A stretch of 62,083 bases of DNA, taken from a virus. Lineage: Duplodnaviria > Caudoviricetes. Where the stretch lies: positions 1 through 62,083 of the IMG/VR virus record IMGVR_UViG_3300003471_000084. One strand, given 5' to 3'. Numbering within the stretch: the first letter of the stretch is position 1; every line of letters starts with the position of its first letter. Shown one piece after another: positions 45,304 to 56,077 of the stretch. Below the pieces are notes generated by a model. The model saw nothing but the letters and a program-made list of their open reading frames with translations, did not search any database and was not told the DNA's origin. The position numbers and the translations under genes are program-made.

Positions 45304-45681
45304 ATGATAAGTTTCAGACAAAAAGGCGACTTTTCCAAACTGACCAGTTTCTTAGAGAAAGCCAAAGGGGCTGTACGTCTCGGAGATCTCGACAAGTACG
45401 GTCGGGAGGGAGTGGCCGCCCTTGCGTCTGCAACACCTGTTGACTCCGGACAAACAGCAAATTCGTGGTATTACAAGATTGTAAACCGAAATGGAATGGC
45501 GACAATTACCTTTTATAACTCAAACATTCAAAATGGAGTTCCAATAGCCATTATTCTACAGTATGGACATGGAACCGGAACCGGAGGCTGGGTACAGGGG
45601 CGAGATTACATCAATCCTGCTATCCAGCCTATTTTTGATCAAATTGCAAATAACGCATGGAAGGAGGTTACTAAGCTATGA
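45304..45681 (+). CDS. HK97 gp10-like tail completion protein
   Basis: TPVDSG...LQYGHGT...G.DYINPA. Confidence 0.7.
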   Translation: MISFRQKGDFSKLTSFLEKAKGAVRLGDLDKYGREGVAALASATPVDSGQTANSWYYKIVNRNGMATITFYNSNIQNGVPIAIILQYGHGTGTGGWVQGRDYINPAIQPIFDQIANNAWKEVTKL

Positions 45682-48600
45682 GTACAACCGTCGACCAAAG
45701 AGTTGTAGAAATGCGTTTTGACAACAAACAATTCGAAAGCAATATTCAGACCAGTTTATCTACGATTGATAAACTAAAAAAGGGGTTAAATCTTGAAGGC
45801 GCATCCAAAGGTTTTGAGAACGTAAGTAAAGCCGCTCAAAACGTCAACATGTCCGGTATACAAGGAGCAGTCGAAACGGTTCGTTTGAAGTTTTCGGCTC
45901 TCGAGGTCATGGCAGTAACCGCCCTCGCTAACATAACAAACTCAGCACTGAACGCTGGTAAAAAGATTGTTTCAGCCCTTACTATCGACCCGATTAAGAC
46001 CGGTTTTCAGGAGTATGAAACTCAAATCAACGCTATTCAGACTGTTCTTGCAAATACTTCTTCAAAAGGAACAACTTTAAAGGATGTCAATGAAGCTCTG
46101 AACGAGTTGAATACCTATGCTGATAAGACTATCTATAACTTTACGGAAATGACTCGTAACATTGGTACTTTTACGGCTGCTGGTATTGATCTGGACACCT
46201 CAGTATCCGCGATAAAAGGTATCGCGAACCTCGCTGCTGTATCCGGCTCAACCTCACAGCAGGCTAGCACGGCGATGTATCAGCTTTCTCAGGCTCTTGC
46301 TTCTGGCACTGTAAAACTAATGGACTGGAACTCGGTTGTTAATGCCGGCATGGGCGGTCAAGTGTTCCAAGATGCTCTAAAAGAGACTGCAAAGGTACAC
46401 GGAATTGCCATTGATGAGATGATTAAAGACGAAGGCAGCTTCCGTGAATCGTTGAAAAATGGATGGCTTACTTCCGAGGTCTTAACGGAGACATTGGCGA
46501 AGTTCACAGGTGACCTTAACGAGCAGCAGCTAAAAACGATGGGTTACACCGATGAGCAGATCAAATCTATAATTAAAATGGGTCAAACTGCGAATGATGC
46601 AGCGACTAAAGTTAAGACGTTCTCGCAGTTGTGGGATACTCTTAAGGAGGCCGCTCAGTCCGGTTGGACTCAGAGCTGGATGATCATCGTCGGCGACTTT
46701 GAAGAGGCTAAAGAGCTTCTAACCGAAGTCAGTAATATCTTCGGCGATATAATTAACAATGCTTCTTCGGCAAGAAATGAGATGCTTCAAGGGTGGAAAG
46801 ATCTTGGTGGGCGGAAAGCTCTTATTGATTCTTTCAGAAATGCCTTTGAGGGCATCATGTCGATAGTAAAGCCAATTAGTGAAGCTTTTCGAGAGATATT
46901 TCCCCCAATAACGGCTAAGCAGTTGGTGGCGTTCACCGAAGGTCTTAGGGATTTAACAGCTAAACTCAAACTGAGCGATACAACTTCTGCGAATCTTAAA
47001 TCGACTTTCAAAGGGTTGTTTGCTGTTCTGGATATCATCAAACAAGCTTTTACTGCCGTCTGGAACGCTATTAGTCCCCTATTTGGCGGTCTTGGAACTC
47101 TTGGAGGAGGAATTCTTGGTGTAACCGCATCTTGGGGTGACTGGCTTGTAAAACTTAACGAAACGATTAAGACAAGCGATATATTCAACAAAGCCTTACA
47201 AGGAATCATCGGTTTTGTAAAGCTGGCGGCTACCGAAGTTAAAAACTTCTTCCTTGCGGTGAAAGAAAAGTTCAACTTCCCTGGGTTAGAAGTCTTCCAT
47301 TCATTCCTCGAAAGAGTTCACGAAAGAATGGGACAAGTCGGAGAAGCTGCCGGAAGTATGAAGTCTGGCGTTGTCACGGCTATTCAGCTCATGGGTGAAG
47401 CAATAGCTAATAGTCATTTTTATCAAGCACTACAAGCTTTATGGAAAGGTGTAGAAACCATCTGTGGAGGTATTGTCAAAGCGCTTGGAGAGATGATGAA
47501 CTGGATTGTCGATAAAGTTGGTAAAGCCGACTTTAAAGGCATCTTCGACTTCATTAACACTGCTTCTCTAGGAGCTATCGCTTTCGGAATCACCAAGTTC
47601 CTTAAGAGTCTGAGTCAACCACTTGAGGGTTTCAAAGGAATTCTCGATGGTGTAACAGGTATTCTTGACGGAGTCAGAGGCTGTTTCGAAGCCTACCAGA
47701 CCCAGCTAAAAGCAGGTACACTACTTAAAATCGCAACCGCAATCGGTATTCTCGCCGCATCTATCTTGGTTATTTCCTTGATCGATAGTGAAAAACTTTC
47801 TGCTTCTCTTGGCGCTATTACGGTACTATTTGCTGATTTGATGGGATCTATGGCCCTGTTTGGTAAAATCAGTGGGAACTTAACTGGTGTTACCAAAACC
47901 TGTGCTGCTATGATTAGCATTTCGGTTGCTGTCCTTATTCTGGCTTCGGCTTTGAAGAAGATCGGTGAACTTGATTTCGATGAAATGGTGATCGGGTTAG
48001 TCGGCGTCGTAGGTCTGACTGCAACCATGATAGCGGCAGCCAAAGTCATGGGTAGTGGTGGTCCGACAATGATCAAAGGCGCAACCCAAATGGTTATATT
48101 TGCAGCAGCTATCAAAATTTTAGCCTCTGCTTGTGAAGACCTGGCTCAATTAAGTTGGAACGAACTTGCTAAGGGTTTGGTTGGCGTTGGGGTGTTGATG
48201 GCAGAGATTTCTCTGTTTTTAAACACGGCAAAGTTCAGCGGTAAATCCATCACAACCGCAACAGGTATCGTTATTCTGGCGGCGGCAATGAAGATTCTTG
48301 CTTCCGCTTGTGAAGACTTTGCTCAAATGAAGTGGAGTGAAATAGCAAAAGGACTTACTGCTATCGGTGTGCTTCTTGCCGAAATCGCCATATTTACAAA
48401 TGTCACAGGTAACGCAAAACATGTTATCTCGACAGGTATAGCGTTAATTGCTATTGGCACGGCTATGAAGATATTTGCGTCCGCTGTTCAAGATATGGCA
48501 GCGATGAGTTGGGGGGAACTTGCGAAGGGCCTTACGGGTATGGCTGGGGCATTACTTGCTGTGACCGTAGCTGTTAACTTCATGCCTAAAAACATGATTG

Positions 48601-51600
48601 GTATCGGCGTAGGTCTTATAGCAGTCTCTACCGCACTTGTTATCTTGGCGAATGCTCTGGAAAAGATGGGCGGAATGAGTTGGGAGGAAATTGCAAAGGG
48701 TCTTGTCGCTTTAGGTGGCTCTATTGCTATTTTGGCTATTGGTCTGAATGCTATGAACGGCACTCTTGCTGGATCAGCAGCAATGCTCGTAGCCGTTGTG
48801 GCTTTGGCAGCCTTAACTCCGATACTCAGCGTTCTTGGGGCAATGAGTTGGGAGTCCATTGCAAAAGGCCTCATCACCATTGCAGGAGCATTTGCTGTAA
48901 TCGGTGTAGCTGGTGCTGTGCTTACCCCTCTAGTACCTACAATATTGGCACTAGCAGGGGCATTTGCTCTTATTGGTCTTGGTGTTCTGGGGATCGGTGT
49001 TGGTCTTCTTGCCGCTGGTGCTGGTTTATCGGCTTTGGCTATCGGTATCACCGCTGTAGCCGCAGCAGGAATTGCTGGAGCAACAGCTCTTGTGGCTTCT
49101 TTGACGGTGATCATTACAGGCGTCGCAGCTCTTATTCCCGCCATCATCGAAAAGATTGGCGAAGGTATCATTGCGTTTTGTAATGTCATCGCTGAAGGAG
49201 CACCGGCTATCGGTAAGGCTGTGAAAGCGGTTGTCTTAACACTTATTGATGTGTTGGTAGAATGTGTTCCGGCAATCGCTAAAGGCGCTTTAGAACTTAT
49301 TGCTGGAGTGTTAAAAGCGCTCGTTGAGTATACTCCACAGATCGTAGATTCCTTACTACAATTCGTAATTGAAGTTCTCAAAGGAATAGCAAGAAACCTT
49401 CCCACCCTTATCCAAGCCGCTGTTGATGTTATCATGGCATTCTTCTCTGGTATTGTGGACGCTCTAAGTGGTATCGATACTAAAGTATTACTCAAAGGTA
49501 TCGTAGGTATAGGTCTGCTGTCAGCTATCATGGTGGCTCTAGCGGCAGTAGCTGCATTGGTTCCTGGTGCTATGGTCGGCGTTCTTGGAATGGGCGTTGT
49601 CATAGCTGAGCTCGCGCTTGTGTTAGCCGCCATTGGAGCTTTGGCACAAATTCCAGGTTTGAAATGGCTTATCAATGAGGGCGCCCAGTTGATGGAGGGA
49701 ATCGGAAATGCAATAGGTTCATTTATCGGCGGTATCGTAGGCGGATTTATGAGCGGTATCTCTGGTCAATTCCCTCAAATTGGTTCAGATCTATCAGCTT
49801 TCATGACCAATGTTCAACCGTTCATTGAAGGCGCAAAAATGGTAGACAAGTCTGCTATGGATGGTGTCAAAGCTCTGGCTGAGACTATCCTTATTCTCAC
49901 AGCAGCAAACATTCTCGATGGTCTAACCTCATGGTTCACCGGAAGTTCCTCTATGACTAAGTTCGGTAAGGAACTCGCCGAATTTGCCCCTCATTTCAAG
50001 GCCTACTATGAATCCATAAAGGGTATTGATGGTTCTGTCATCGAAGCATCTGCCAACGCGGCAAAATCTCTTGCTGAGATGGCAAACAATCTCCCGAATC
50101 AGGGTGGGGTTGTTGGTTGGTTTATGGGTGAAAACAGCCTTTCGGCGTTTGCTGATGAACTTTCCGAATTCGGTCCTAAGCTTAAAGCATATGCGGACAG
50201 CGTAAAGGGCCTGGATGCAAGCGTAGTAATCAACTCTGCTAATGCGGCTAAGGCTCTTGCCGAAATGGCCTCCAATCTGCCTAACCAAGGCGGGGTTGTT
50301 GGTTGGTTTATGGGCGAGAACAGCCTATCCGTATTTGCTGATGAACTCGCTGAATTCGGTCCTGTGTTGAAAACCTACGCCGACAGTGTCAGAGGGTTAG
50401 ACCCCAATGTAATACTCAACTCTGCGAATGCTGCGAAAGCTTTGGCCGAGATGAGTAACAACCTTCCGAATCAAGGCGGGGCTGTAAGTTGGTTTACCGG
50501 TGATAACACACTTTCTGTATTTGGAAAGGAGCTACAAACATTTGGACCAATGCTTAAGGCGTATGCCGATAGTGTAAGAGGTCTTGATGCCAACGTGGTT
50601 ACGAACTCGGCGAACGCCGCAAGAGCTCTCTCAGAGCTTGCGACAAATCTACCTAATAGTGGCGGTATTGTAAGCTGGTTTACTGGCGATAACGATATTG
50701 CTACATTTGGGACAAAGTTGGTTTCTTTCGGACAGTCGTTTGCCTCGTATTATGCGAGTGTAAGCACCGTTAATACAACCCTTTTGTCTGGCGTTATTGC
50801 TGAGTTCAAGAAGCTTGTAGACCTTGCAAAGGGAATAAGCAGTGTAGACACAAGTGGAATGTCAAGATTTAGTAACGATTTAACGTCTCTCGGTAAAACC
50901 GGAATTGACGGGTTTATTAAAGCATTCACAGATTCGAATTCCAGAGTGACAACTGCTGCTACAACCATGTTGACCACGTTTATTAATGCGGCCAATGCTA
51001 AAAAGACAACGCTGACCACAACGTTTACGGCACTTGTTCAAGCTGTCTTAACTGCAATTAATGCGAAACAATATGAGTTCCAAACTGCTGGAAATAACCT
51101 GATGATTAAATTTATTGCCGGGGTTAAATCCCAAGACAATAATGCGAGAATGACATTTGTTAACATCTTAAGCGGATGTTTGACGGCGATCAAAAATAAG
51201 TATTACGAATTCGAGAACGCTGGACAAGAGTGCATGATCAAATTTATTGCTGGGATAAAATCCAAAGAAGCCGCCGTCAAAGAGGCTTTTCTATCGAGTC
51301 TTTCTGGAGTTGTAAATGCGATTAGAGGTTACTACGATCAATTTTATGCAGCCGGTAGGTATCTTGTAGAAGGTTTTGCGGCAGGAATTTCGGCGTACAC
51401 CTACCTTGCGGAAGCCCGAGCCAGAGCCATGGCCGCGGCGGCTGCAAGAGCAGCGGAAAGAGAACTTGATGAACATTCACCTTCTAGGGTTGGGTATAGA
51501 ATTGGAGATTATTTTGGTTTGGCTTTTGTAAATGCAATTGGTGATTATGAAGCTAGGGCATATAAGGCTGGTTCTAACATGGCCGAATCTGCGAAAATCG

Positions 51601-51935
51601 GTTTGACTAACGCTGTTTCGAAAATTGCAGATTTTATCAATAGTGATATCGACACCCAACCTGTAATCAAACCGGTACTTGATCTATCAAATGTGGAATC
51701 CGGAACAACTAGACTTAGTGCTTTATTCAGTAGAACACAAGCAATGTCTATTAGTACCGGAATGGATCGTCAAGTTGACGATGTGGAAATTCAAAATGGA
51801 GATAGTTCTCTGAAGAATGGAAGCACATTCAGCTTCACACAAAACAACTATTCGCCTAAAGCACTGTCGAGAGTTGATATTTATCGACAGACAAAGAATC
51901 AATTCTCGGCGATGGAAAGGATGGTGACAACGTGA
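45678..51935 (+). CDS. Tape measure protein
   Basis: 2085 aa, Ala/Gly-rich helical repeats, AMYQLSQAL tape-measure domain. Confidence 0.93.
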   Translation: MSTTVDQRVVEMRFDNKQFESNIQTSLSTIDKLKKGLNLEGASKGFENVSKAAQNVNMSGIQGAVETVRLKFSALEVMAVTALANITNSALNAGKKIVSALTIDPIKTGFQEYETQINAIQTVLANTSSKGTTLKDVNEALNELNTYADKTIYNFTEMTRNIGTFTAAGIDLDTSVSAIKGIANLAAVSGSTSQQASTAMYQLSQALASGTVKLMDWNSVVNAGMGGQVFQDALKETAKVHGIAIDEMIKDEGSFRESLKNGWLTSEVLTETLAKFTGDLNEQQLKTMGYTDEQIKSIIKMGQTANDAATKVKTFSQLWDTLKEAAQSGWTQSWMIIVGDFEEAKELLTEVSNIFGDIINNASSARNEMLQGWKDLGGRKALIDSFRNAFEGIMSIVKPISEAFREIFPPITAKQLVAFTEGLRDLTAKLKLSDTTSANLKSTFKGLFAVLDIIKQAFTAVWNAISPLFGGLGTLGGGILGVTASWGDWLVKLNETIKTSDIFNKALQGIIGFVKLAATEVKNFFLAVKEKFNFPGLEVFHSFLERVHERMGQVGEAAGSMKSGVVTAIQLMGEAIANSHFYQALQALWKGVETICGGIVKALGEMMNWIVDKVGKADFKGIFDFINTASLGAIAFGITKFLKSLSQPLEGFKGILDGVTGILDGVRGCFEAYQTQLKAGTLLKIATAIGILAASILVISLIDSEKLSASLGAITVLFADLMGSMALFGKISGNLTGVTKTCAAMISISVAVLILASALKKIGELDFDEMVIGLVGVVGLTATMIAAAKVMGSGGPTMIKGATQMVIFAAAIKILASACEDLAQLSWNELAKGLVGVGVLMAEISLFLNTAKFSGKSITTATGIVILAAAMKILASACEDFAQMKWSEIAKGLTAIGVLLAEIAIFTNVTGNAKHVISTGIALIAIGTAMKIFASAVQDMAAMSWGELAKGLTGMAGALLAVTVAVNFMPKNMIGIGVGLIAVSTALVILANALEKMGGMSWEEIAKGLVALGGSIAILAIGLNAMNGTLAGSAAMLVAVVALAALTPILSVLGAMSWESIAKGLITIAGAFAVIGVAGAVLTPLVPTILALAGAFALIGLGVLGIGVGLLAAGAGLSALAIGITAVAAAGIAGATALVASLTVIITGVAALIPAIIEKIGEGIIAFCNVIAEGAPAIGKAVKAVVLTLIDVLVECVPAIAKGALELIAGVLKALVEYTPQIVDSLLQFVIEVLKGIARNLPTLIQAAVDVIMAFFSGIVDALSGIDTKVLLKGIVGIGLLSAIMVALAAVAALVPGAMVGVLGMGVVIAELALVLAAIGALAQIPGLKWLINEGAQLMEGIGNAIGSFIGGIVGGFMSGISGQFPQIGSDLSAFMTNVQPFIEGAKMVDKSAMDGVKALAETILILTAANILDGLTSWFTGSSSMTKFGKELAEFAPHFKAYYESIKGIDGSVIEASANAAKSLAEMANNLPNQGGVVGWFMGENSLSAFADELSEFGPKLKAYADSVKGLDASVVINSANAAKALAEMASNLPNQGGVVGWFMGENSLSVFADELAEFGPVLKTYADSVRGLDPNVILNSANAAKALAEMSNNLPNQGGAVSWFTGDNTLSVFGKELQTFGPMLKAYADSVRGLDANVVTNSANAARALSELATNLPNSGGIVSWFTGDNDIATFGTKLVSFGQSFASYYASVSTVNTTLLSGVIAEFKKLVDLAKGISSVDTSGMSRFSNDLTSLGKTGIDGFIKAFTDSNSRVTTAATTMLTTFINAANAKKTTLTTTFTALVQAVLTAINAKQYEFQTAGNNLMIKFIAGVKSQDNNARMTFVNILSGCLTAIKNKYYEFENAGQECMIKFIAGIKSKEAAVKEAFLSSLSGVVNAIRGYYDQFYAAGRYLVEGFAAGISAYTYLAEARARAMAAAAARAAERELDEHSPSRVGYRIGDYFGLAFVNAIGDYEARAYKAGSNMAESAKIGLTNAVSKIADFINSDIDTQPVIKPVLDLSNVESGTTRLSALFSRTQAMSISTGMDRQVDDVEIQNGDSSLKNGSTFSFTQNNYSPKALSRVDIYRQTKNQFSAMERMVTT

Positions 51936-52846
51936 TTAAATCAATCACCGTGACAAACTATCTTGGCGATAGTATCAAGCTGGACTTAGCGAGGCCGGAG
52001 GAATCTGGCTTCGTGGTTCAGTCTGTTAAAGGTTTGGGGCCGGGAGAAGCGAATATAAATACCACCGAAGTATCAACAAATGATGGTTCATTATTCAACT
52101 CTTCCCGGCTTCCAAGCCGCAACATAGTCATAGGATTAAAGTTCCTATGGAAAAAGTCAATCGAAGATGTTCGTCAATTGTCTTATAAACATTTTCCAAT
52201 CAAGAAAAAACTTACTTTATTTATTGAGACGGATAACAGGCAAGCTGAGATTGACGGATATGTTGAATCTAACGACCCGAATATTTTCAGCCGAGATGAG
52301 GGTTCGGACATTTCGATAATTTGTCCGAATCCCTTCTTTTATTCTGCTGGAAAAAATGGAACAAACACAACCATCTTCTATGGCGTTGAGCCGATGTTCG
52401 AATTCCCTTTCAGTAATGAGTCTTTGTTTGAGTGTTTACTGGAGATGGGCGCTATTCAGAATCAGACGGAAAAGGTTATTACTTACGATGGTGATTCGGA
52501 AGTTGGCGTAACTATCACAATTCATGCTGTAGGCGAAGCAAATAAAATCGCTATCTACAATACGGGAACTCGTGAAATCATGAGAATTGACACCGATAAA
52601 CTGGCCGCATTTACTGGATCAGGAATCATATCGGGTGACGACATCATCATTTGCACGGTGAAAGGTAACAAGTCTATAAGTCTACAACGAGCAGGTAAGT
52701 TAATCAATATTCTTAACTGTTTGGAGAAAAATGCAGATTGGTTTCAACTTACTAAAGGAGACAACATCTTCGCTTACACAGCAGAAACTGGAAGTAGTAA
52801 TCTGCAATTCAAAATTGAAAATCGGATCGTTTACGAGGGGGTATAA
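51932..52846 (+). CDS. Distal tail protein (Dit)
   Basis: Directly after TMP; ICPNPFFY, LTKGDN. Confidence 0.75.
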   Translation: MIKSITVTNYLGDSIKLDLARPEESGFVVQSVKGLGPGEANINTTEVSTNDGSLFNSSRLPSRNIVIGLKFLWKKSIEDVRQLSYKHFPIKKKLTLFIETDNRQAEIDGYVESNDPNIFSRDEGSDISIICPNPFFYSAGKNGTNTTIFYGVEPMFEFPFSNESLFECLLEMGAIQNQTEKVITYDGDSEVGVTITIHAVGEANKIAIYNTGTREIMRIDTDKLAAFTGSGIISGDDIIICTVKGNKSISLQRAGKLINILNCLEKNADWFQLTKGDNIFAYTAETGSSNLQFKIENRIVYEGV

Positions 52847-52849
52847 GCT

Positions 52850-53923
52850 ATGGATTTGACAGTTTTAAACACAAATCTGGATGCCATTGCCATGGTTGAT
52901 ACCTACGTATCGTTCATTTGGACCGATCGATATTATTCGAGTGGCGATTTCGAGTTGTATGCCGGTATGAGATATAACATTCTCAATCACATCATGCAAG
53001 ACTACTATTTGCAAAGTCGAGATTCCGAACATGTCATGATCATAGAGAAAATACTTATCAATTCCGACACAGAAAACGGTAATCACATAACTGTTACAGG
53101 TCGTTCGCTGGAATCCATCTTAGATAGGCGAATTGTTTGGGGGCAGAAAACAATTAGTGGTAATCTTCAAAATGGAATAAAAACATTGTTAGATGAGAAT
53201 GTCATATCTCCCTCTGATAGCAATCGAAGAATCTCCAATTTCATTTTTGAGACATCTACAGATCCTGCTATTACGGCTTTAAAAATTGAAGCTCAATATA
53301 CAGGAGATAATCTATATGATGTGATTCAGAAAATCTGTGAAGAGCGAAGTATCGGTTTCAAGATAACTCTCAATGATAACAAGCAGTTCGTCTTTAAGCT
53401 CTATGCTGGGACCGATAGGTCGTATGAACAGACAGCCGTTCCCTATGTCATTTTTTCCCCCAACTTTGAAAACATCATTAACAGTAGTTATGTTGAGTCT
53501 AAGTCTTCGTTGAAGAATATCACTCTTGTTGGTGGCGAAGGAGAAGGAGCGGCTCGGAAGTATACGACTGTTGGCGACGGTAATGGTTTAAACCGTAGAG
53601 AACTCTTTACCGATGCGAGAGATATTTCGTCAGATGTTGGCGACGATGTCATTTTAACAGATGCCGAGTATACCGCCCTATTGCAGCAGCGAGGGAAAGA
53701 GAAACTTTCAGAACACAAAGATGTAACTTCCTTTGAGGGTCAGGTGGAAACTACCATTATGTTCCGGTATGGGGAAGATTTTTTTAATGGTGACGTTGTC
53801 CAAATTGCCAACGAGTACGGACACGAAACAAAAGCCCGTATTTTGGAGATTGTTATGTCTGAAAACGAGGAAGGAACATCTGTGTATCCGACCTTTAAAA
53901 CAATAACTGAGGAAGGAGAGTAA
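52850..53923 (+). CDS. Baseplate hub / Gp37-like tail protein
   Basis: WTDRYYSSGDFEL, RRELFTDARD, YGEDFFNGD. Confidence 0.75.
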   Translation: MDLTVLNTNLDAIAMVDTYVSFIWTDRYYSSGDFELYAGMRYNILNHIMQDYYLQSRDSEHVMIIEKILINSDTENGNHITVTGRSLESILDRRIVWGQKTISGNLQNGIKTLLDENVISPSDSNRRISNFIFETSTDPAITALKIEAQYTGDNLYDVIQKICEERSIGFKITLNDNKQFVFKLYAGTDRSYEQTAVPYVIFSPNFENIINSSYVESKSSLKNITLVGGEGEGAARKYTTVGDGNGLNRRELFTDARDISSDVGDDVILTDAEYTALLQQRGKEKLSEHKDVTSFEGQVETTIMFRYGEDFFNGDVVQIANEYGHETKARILEIVMSENEEGTSVYPTFKTITEEGE

Positions 53924-53929
53924 AGTTAT

Positions 53930-55060
53930 ATGAGCGTAACGAGTGGATTTTTCAACTCGCTAAATGGTGATAGGCGCTACAATGCTGAACAGATGTCTTC
54001 TATCTTTGATGGAATAATTCGAGATGGTATCTTTGCGAATATTGGTACGGCGTTTGCTGTTAAAGCGGATGTTGGAAATACCGTAATCGTAGGGATTGGA
54101 CGAGCTTGGTTTAACAGCACATGGCTTCTGAATGATGCGCTTTTACCATTGGTAGCGAGCATTTCAGAGATACTTCTCGATCGTATTGATGCTGTCGTGA
54201 TTGAGATTGATCACAGAGATTCTGTCAGAGAAGGCAGTATCAAGATGATTAAAGGTACTCCATCCAGCAGTCCAAAACGACCCACGATGATACAAACGTC
54301 AGATGTAAACCAGTATCCGCTGGCTTATATTTATCGAAAAGCCAATTCCAACTCCATACTCCAAGCTGATATTACCAATATGATCGGCACATCAAGCACC
54401 CCATATATAACTGGTATATTGCAGGTGCAGAATATTGACAACATCGTCGCTCAATGGCAAAATCAATGGTCTGTTTTTTACAACAAAGAGACCGCCGACA
54501 TGGAAGCTACGAATGCTTTCTGGAAGCATCAGTGGACTACTTGGTTTAATTCGCAAACGGCTGAAATTCAAGCGGCATATTTGTTCTGGGAATCTCAATG
54601 GAATAGCTGGTTTGGATCTCAAACGGCTGACATGGAAGCTACGAATGCTTTCTGGAAGCATCAGTGGGAAATGTGGTTCTACAATTACGTAAATAACAAT
54701 ACCGCTGAGATGGCTCAATGGAGAGCAGAAAATCAGGCCACATTTGACGATTGGTTTTCTCAACTCGACGTTACATTATCTGGTGACGTAGCCGCAAATT
54801 TAACCAACCAATTGTTGCAGCTAAAGAAACGAACAGATGTCCTCGAGAAATTTTCTGGAGATCTTACTACCGAGTTTGCGGTATATGACAAGCTCTTTGA
54901 CAATGGATATAGGACTTATGATGATTTGCTTGACTCCGCTGATGGGGTAATTATCGACAATAATGTTGAAGCAATAGTCGGACGTACATATTCCAGCGAG
55001 CTTGTTTTGGACAGTAATGGCGATGCAATCAATGCTAGAGTCATATTTGTAACGAAATAA
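53930..55060 (+). CDS. Minor tail / upper baseplate protein with Trp-rich repeats
   Basis: SGFFNS..GDRRY N-terminus; internal 39-bp exact repeat 54497-54535 / 54629-54667. Confidence 0.65.
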   Translation: MSVTSGFFNSLNGDRRYNAEQMSSIFDGIIRDGIFANIGTAFAVKADVGNTVIVGIGRAWFNSTWLLNDALLPLVASISEILLDRIDAVVIEIDHRDSVREGSIKMIKGTPSSSPKRPTMIQTSDVNQYPLAYIYRKANSNSILQADITNMIGTSSTPYITGILQVQNIDNIVAQWQNQWSVFYNKETADMEATNAFWKHQWTTWFNSQTAEIQAAYLFWESQWNSWFGSQTADMEATNAFWKHQWEMWFYNYVNNNTAEMAQWRAENQATFDDWFSQLDVTLSGDVAANLTNQLLQLKKRTDVLEKFSGDLTTEFAVYDKLFDNGYRTYDDLLDSADGVIIDNNVEAIVGRTYSSELVLDSNGDAINARVIFVTK

Positions 55061-55075
55061 GGAGGAACAACAATC

Positions 55076-56050
55076 ATGAAAATTACAGATTACGAAAAGG
55101 TCTCAAACCTCGCAATAAACAATGTGTTTTTGATTGACGGGGATAATGGTACCAAAACAATCATGGCTTCCGATCTTGCGAAAGCTTTGGTTAAGCTTCT
55201 AAGCTCTAAGGATTTTATTTCAGGGGTAAATCTTTCAGAGCTTGATCAGATCAATGCTCTGTCAGCAAGTGACAAGATTCTTATTGGAACGTCGGCCGGA
55301 AACAAGGCTATCGGAGCAAATGACGCGCTTTTTGCAATGCTTGATGCTTTCATTGCTCCGGAGCAGCGTCGTGTTACTTTCAGAGGAAAGAATTTAGGAT
55401 CAGTCTTTACCCCTGAGCAAAAGACAAACATTCAAAATGGAACATTCAAAGGGTTTTTCCTTGGTGACTATTGGGTTATCGGCGGCCACACCTGGCGTAT
55501 TGTAGACTTTAATTATTGGTATAATTGCGGGGATACTGCATTTACCAATAATCATCTTGTCATTATGCCTGACGTTGCTTTGTATAATGCACAAATGAAT
55601 GCTGAAAATGTAACAACTGGCGGCTATGTTGGATCGCTGATGTATACGACCAATCTTGCAAATGCTAAAACCATTATCAATTCAGCTTTCGGCAGTTCGG
55701 TGCTAACGCATAGAGATCTTCTCGTAAATGCCGTAGCGAATGGCGCTCCTTCAGGTCATGCATGGTACGATTCTTCGGTGGAACTCCCTAACGAAATTAT
55801 GATGTATGGAAGTTATATCTTTTCTCCGGCTGCAAATGGAACCACGATCCCGTATCTTTATACCATCAACAAAACACAATTGGCGCTGTTCCAGGTCGTA
55901 CCAAAATTCATTGTGAATAGATCATACAATCAATGGTTGAGGGATGTCGTGTCTGCGTCTTTTTTCGCTTTTGTGGGCAGCATTGGCCTTACGACCTACC
56001 ACTACGCGTCGAACTCTTTTGGGGTTCGTCCGGCATTCCCTATTGGTTAG
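55076..56050 (+). CDS. DGR target 1: putative receptor-binding tail protein with C-terminal lectin-like domain
   Basis: End of tail module; C-terminal VR; ends GVRPAFPIG. Confidence 0.88.
   Translation: MKITDYEKVSNLAINNVFLIDGDNGTKTIMASDLAKALVKLLSSKDFISGVNLSELDQINALSASDKILIGTSAGNKAIGANDALFAMLDAFIAPEQRRVTFRGKNLGSVFTPEQKTNIQNGTFKGFFLGDYWVIGGHTWRIVDFNYWYNCGDTAFTNNHLVIMPDVALYNAQMNAENVTTGGYVGSLMYTTNLANAKTIINSAFGSSVLTHRDLLVNAVANGAPSGHAWYDSSVELPNEIMMYGSYIFSPAANGTTIPYLYTINKTQLALFQVVPKFIVNRSYNQWLRDVVSASFFAFVGSIGLTTYHYASNSFGVRPAFPIG
55950..56033 (+). repeat. DGR variable repeat VR1
   Basis: 84 bp colinear with TR; 14 mismatches, all at TR adenines. Confidence 0.95.
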
Positions 56051-56052
56051 CT

Positions 56053-56077
56053 AATCTAGGGGCCTTGTGCCCCGATT
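56053..56077 (+). other. Post-VR1 GC-rich hairpin (DGR homing element)
   Basis: AATC-TA-GGGGC-CTTGT-GCCCC-GATT. Confidence 0.75.

Noticed and set aside
48488-49675. 395-aa minus-strand ORF antisense to the tape measure gene
   Set aside because: Ala/Pro/Thr-rich shadow of the Ala/Gly/Val-rich sense frame
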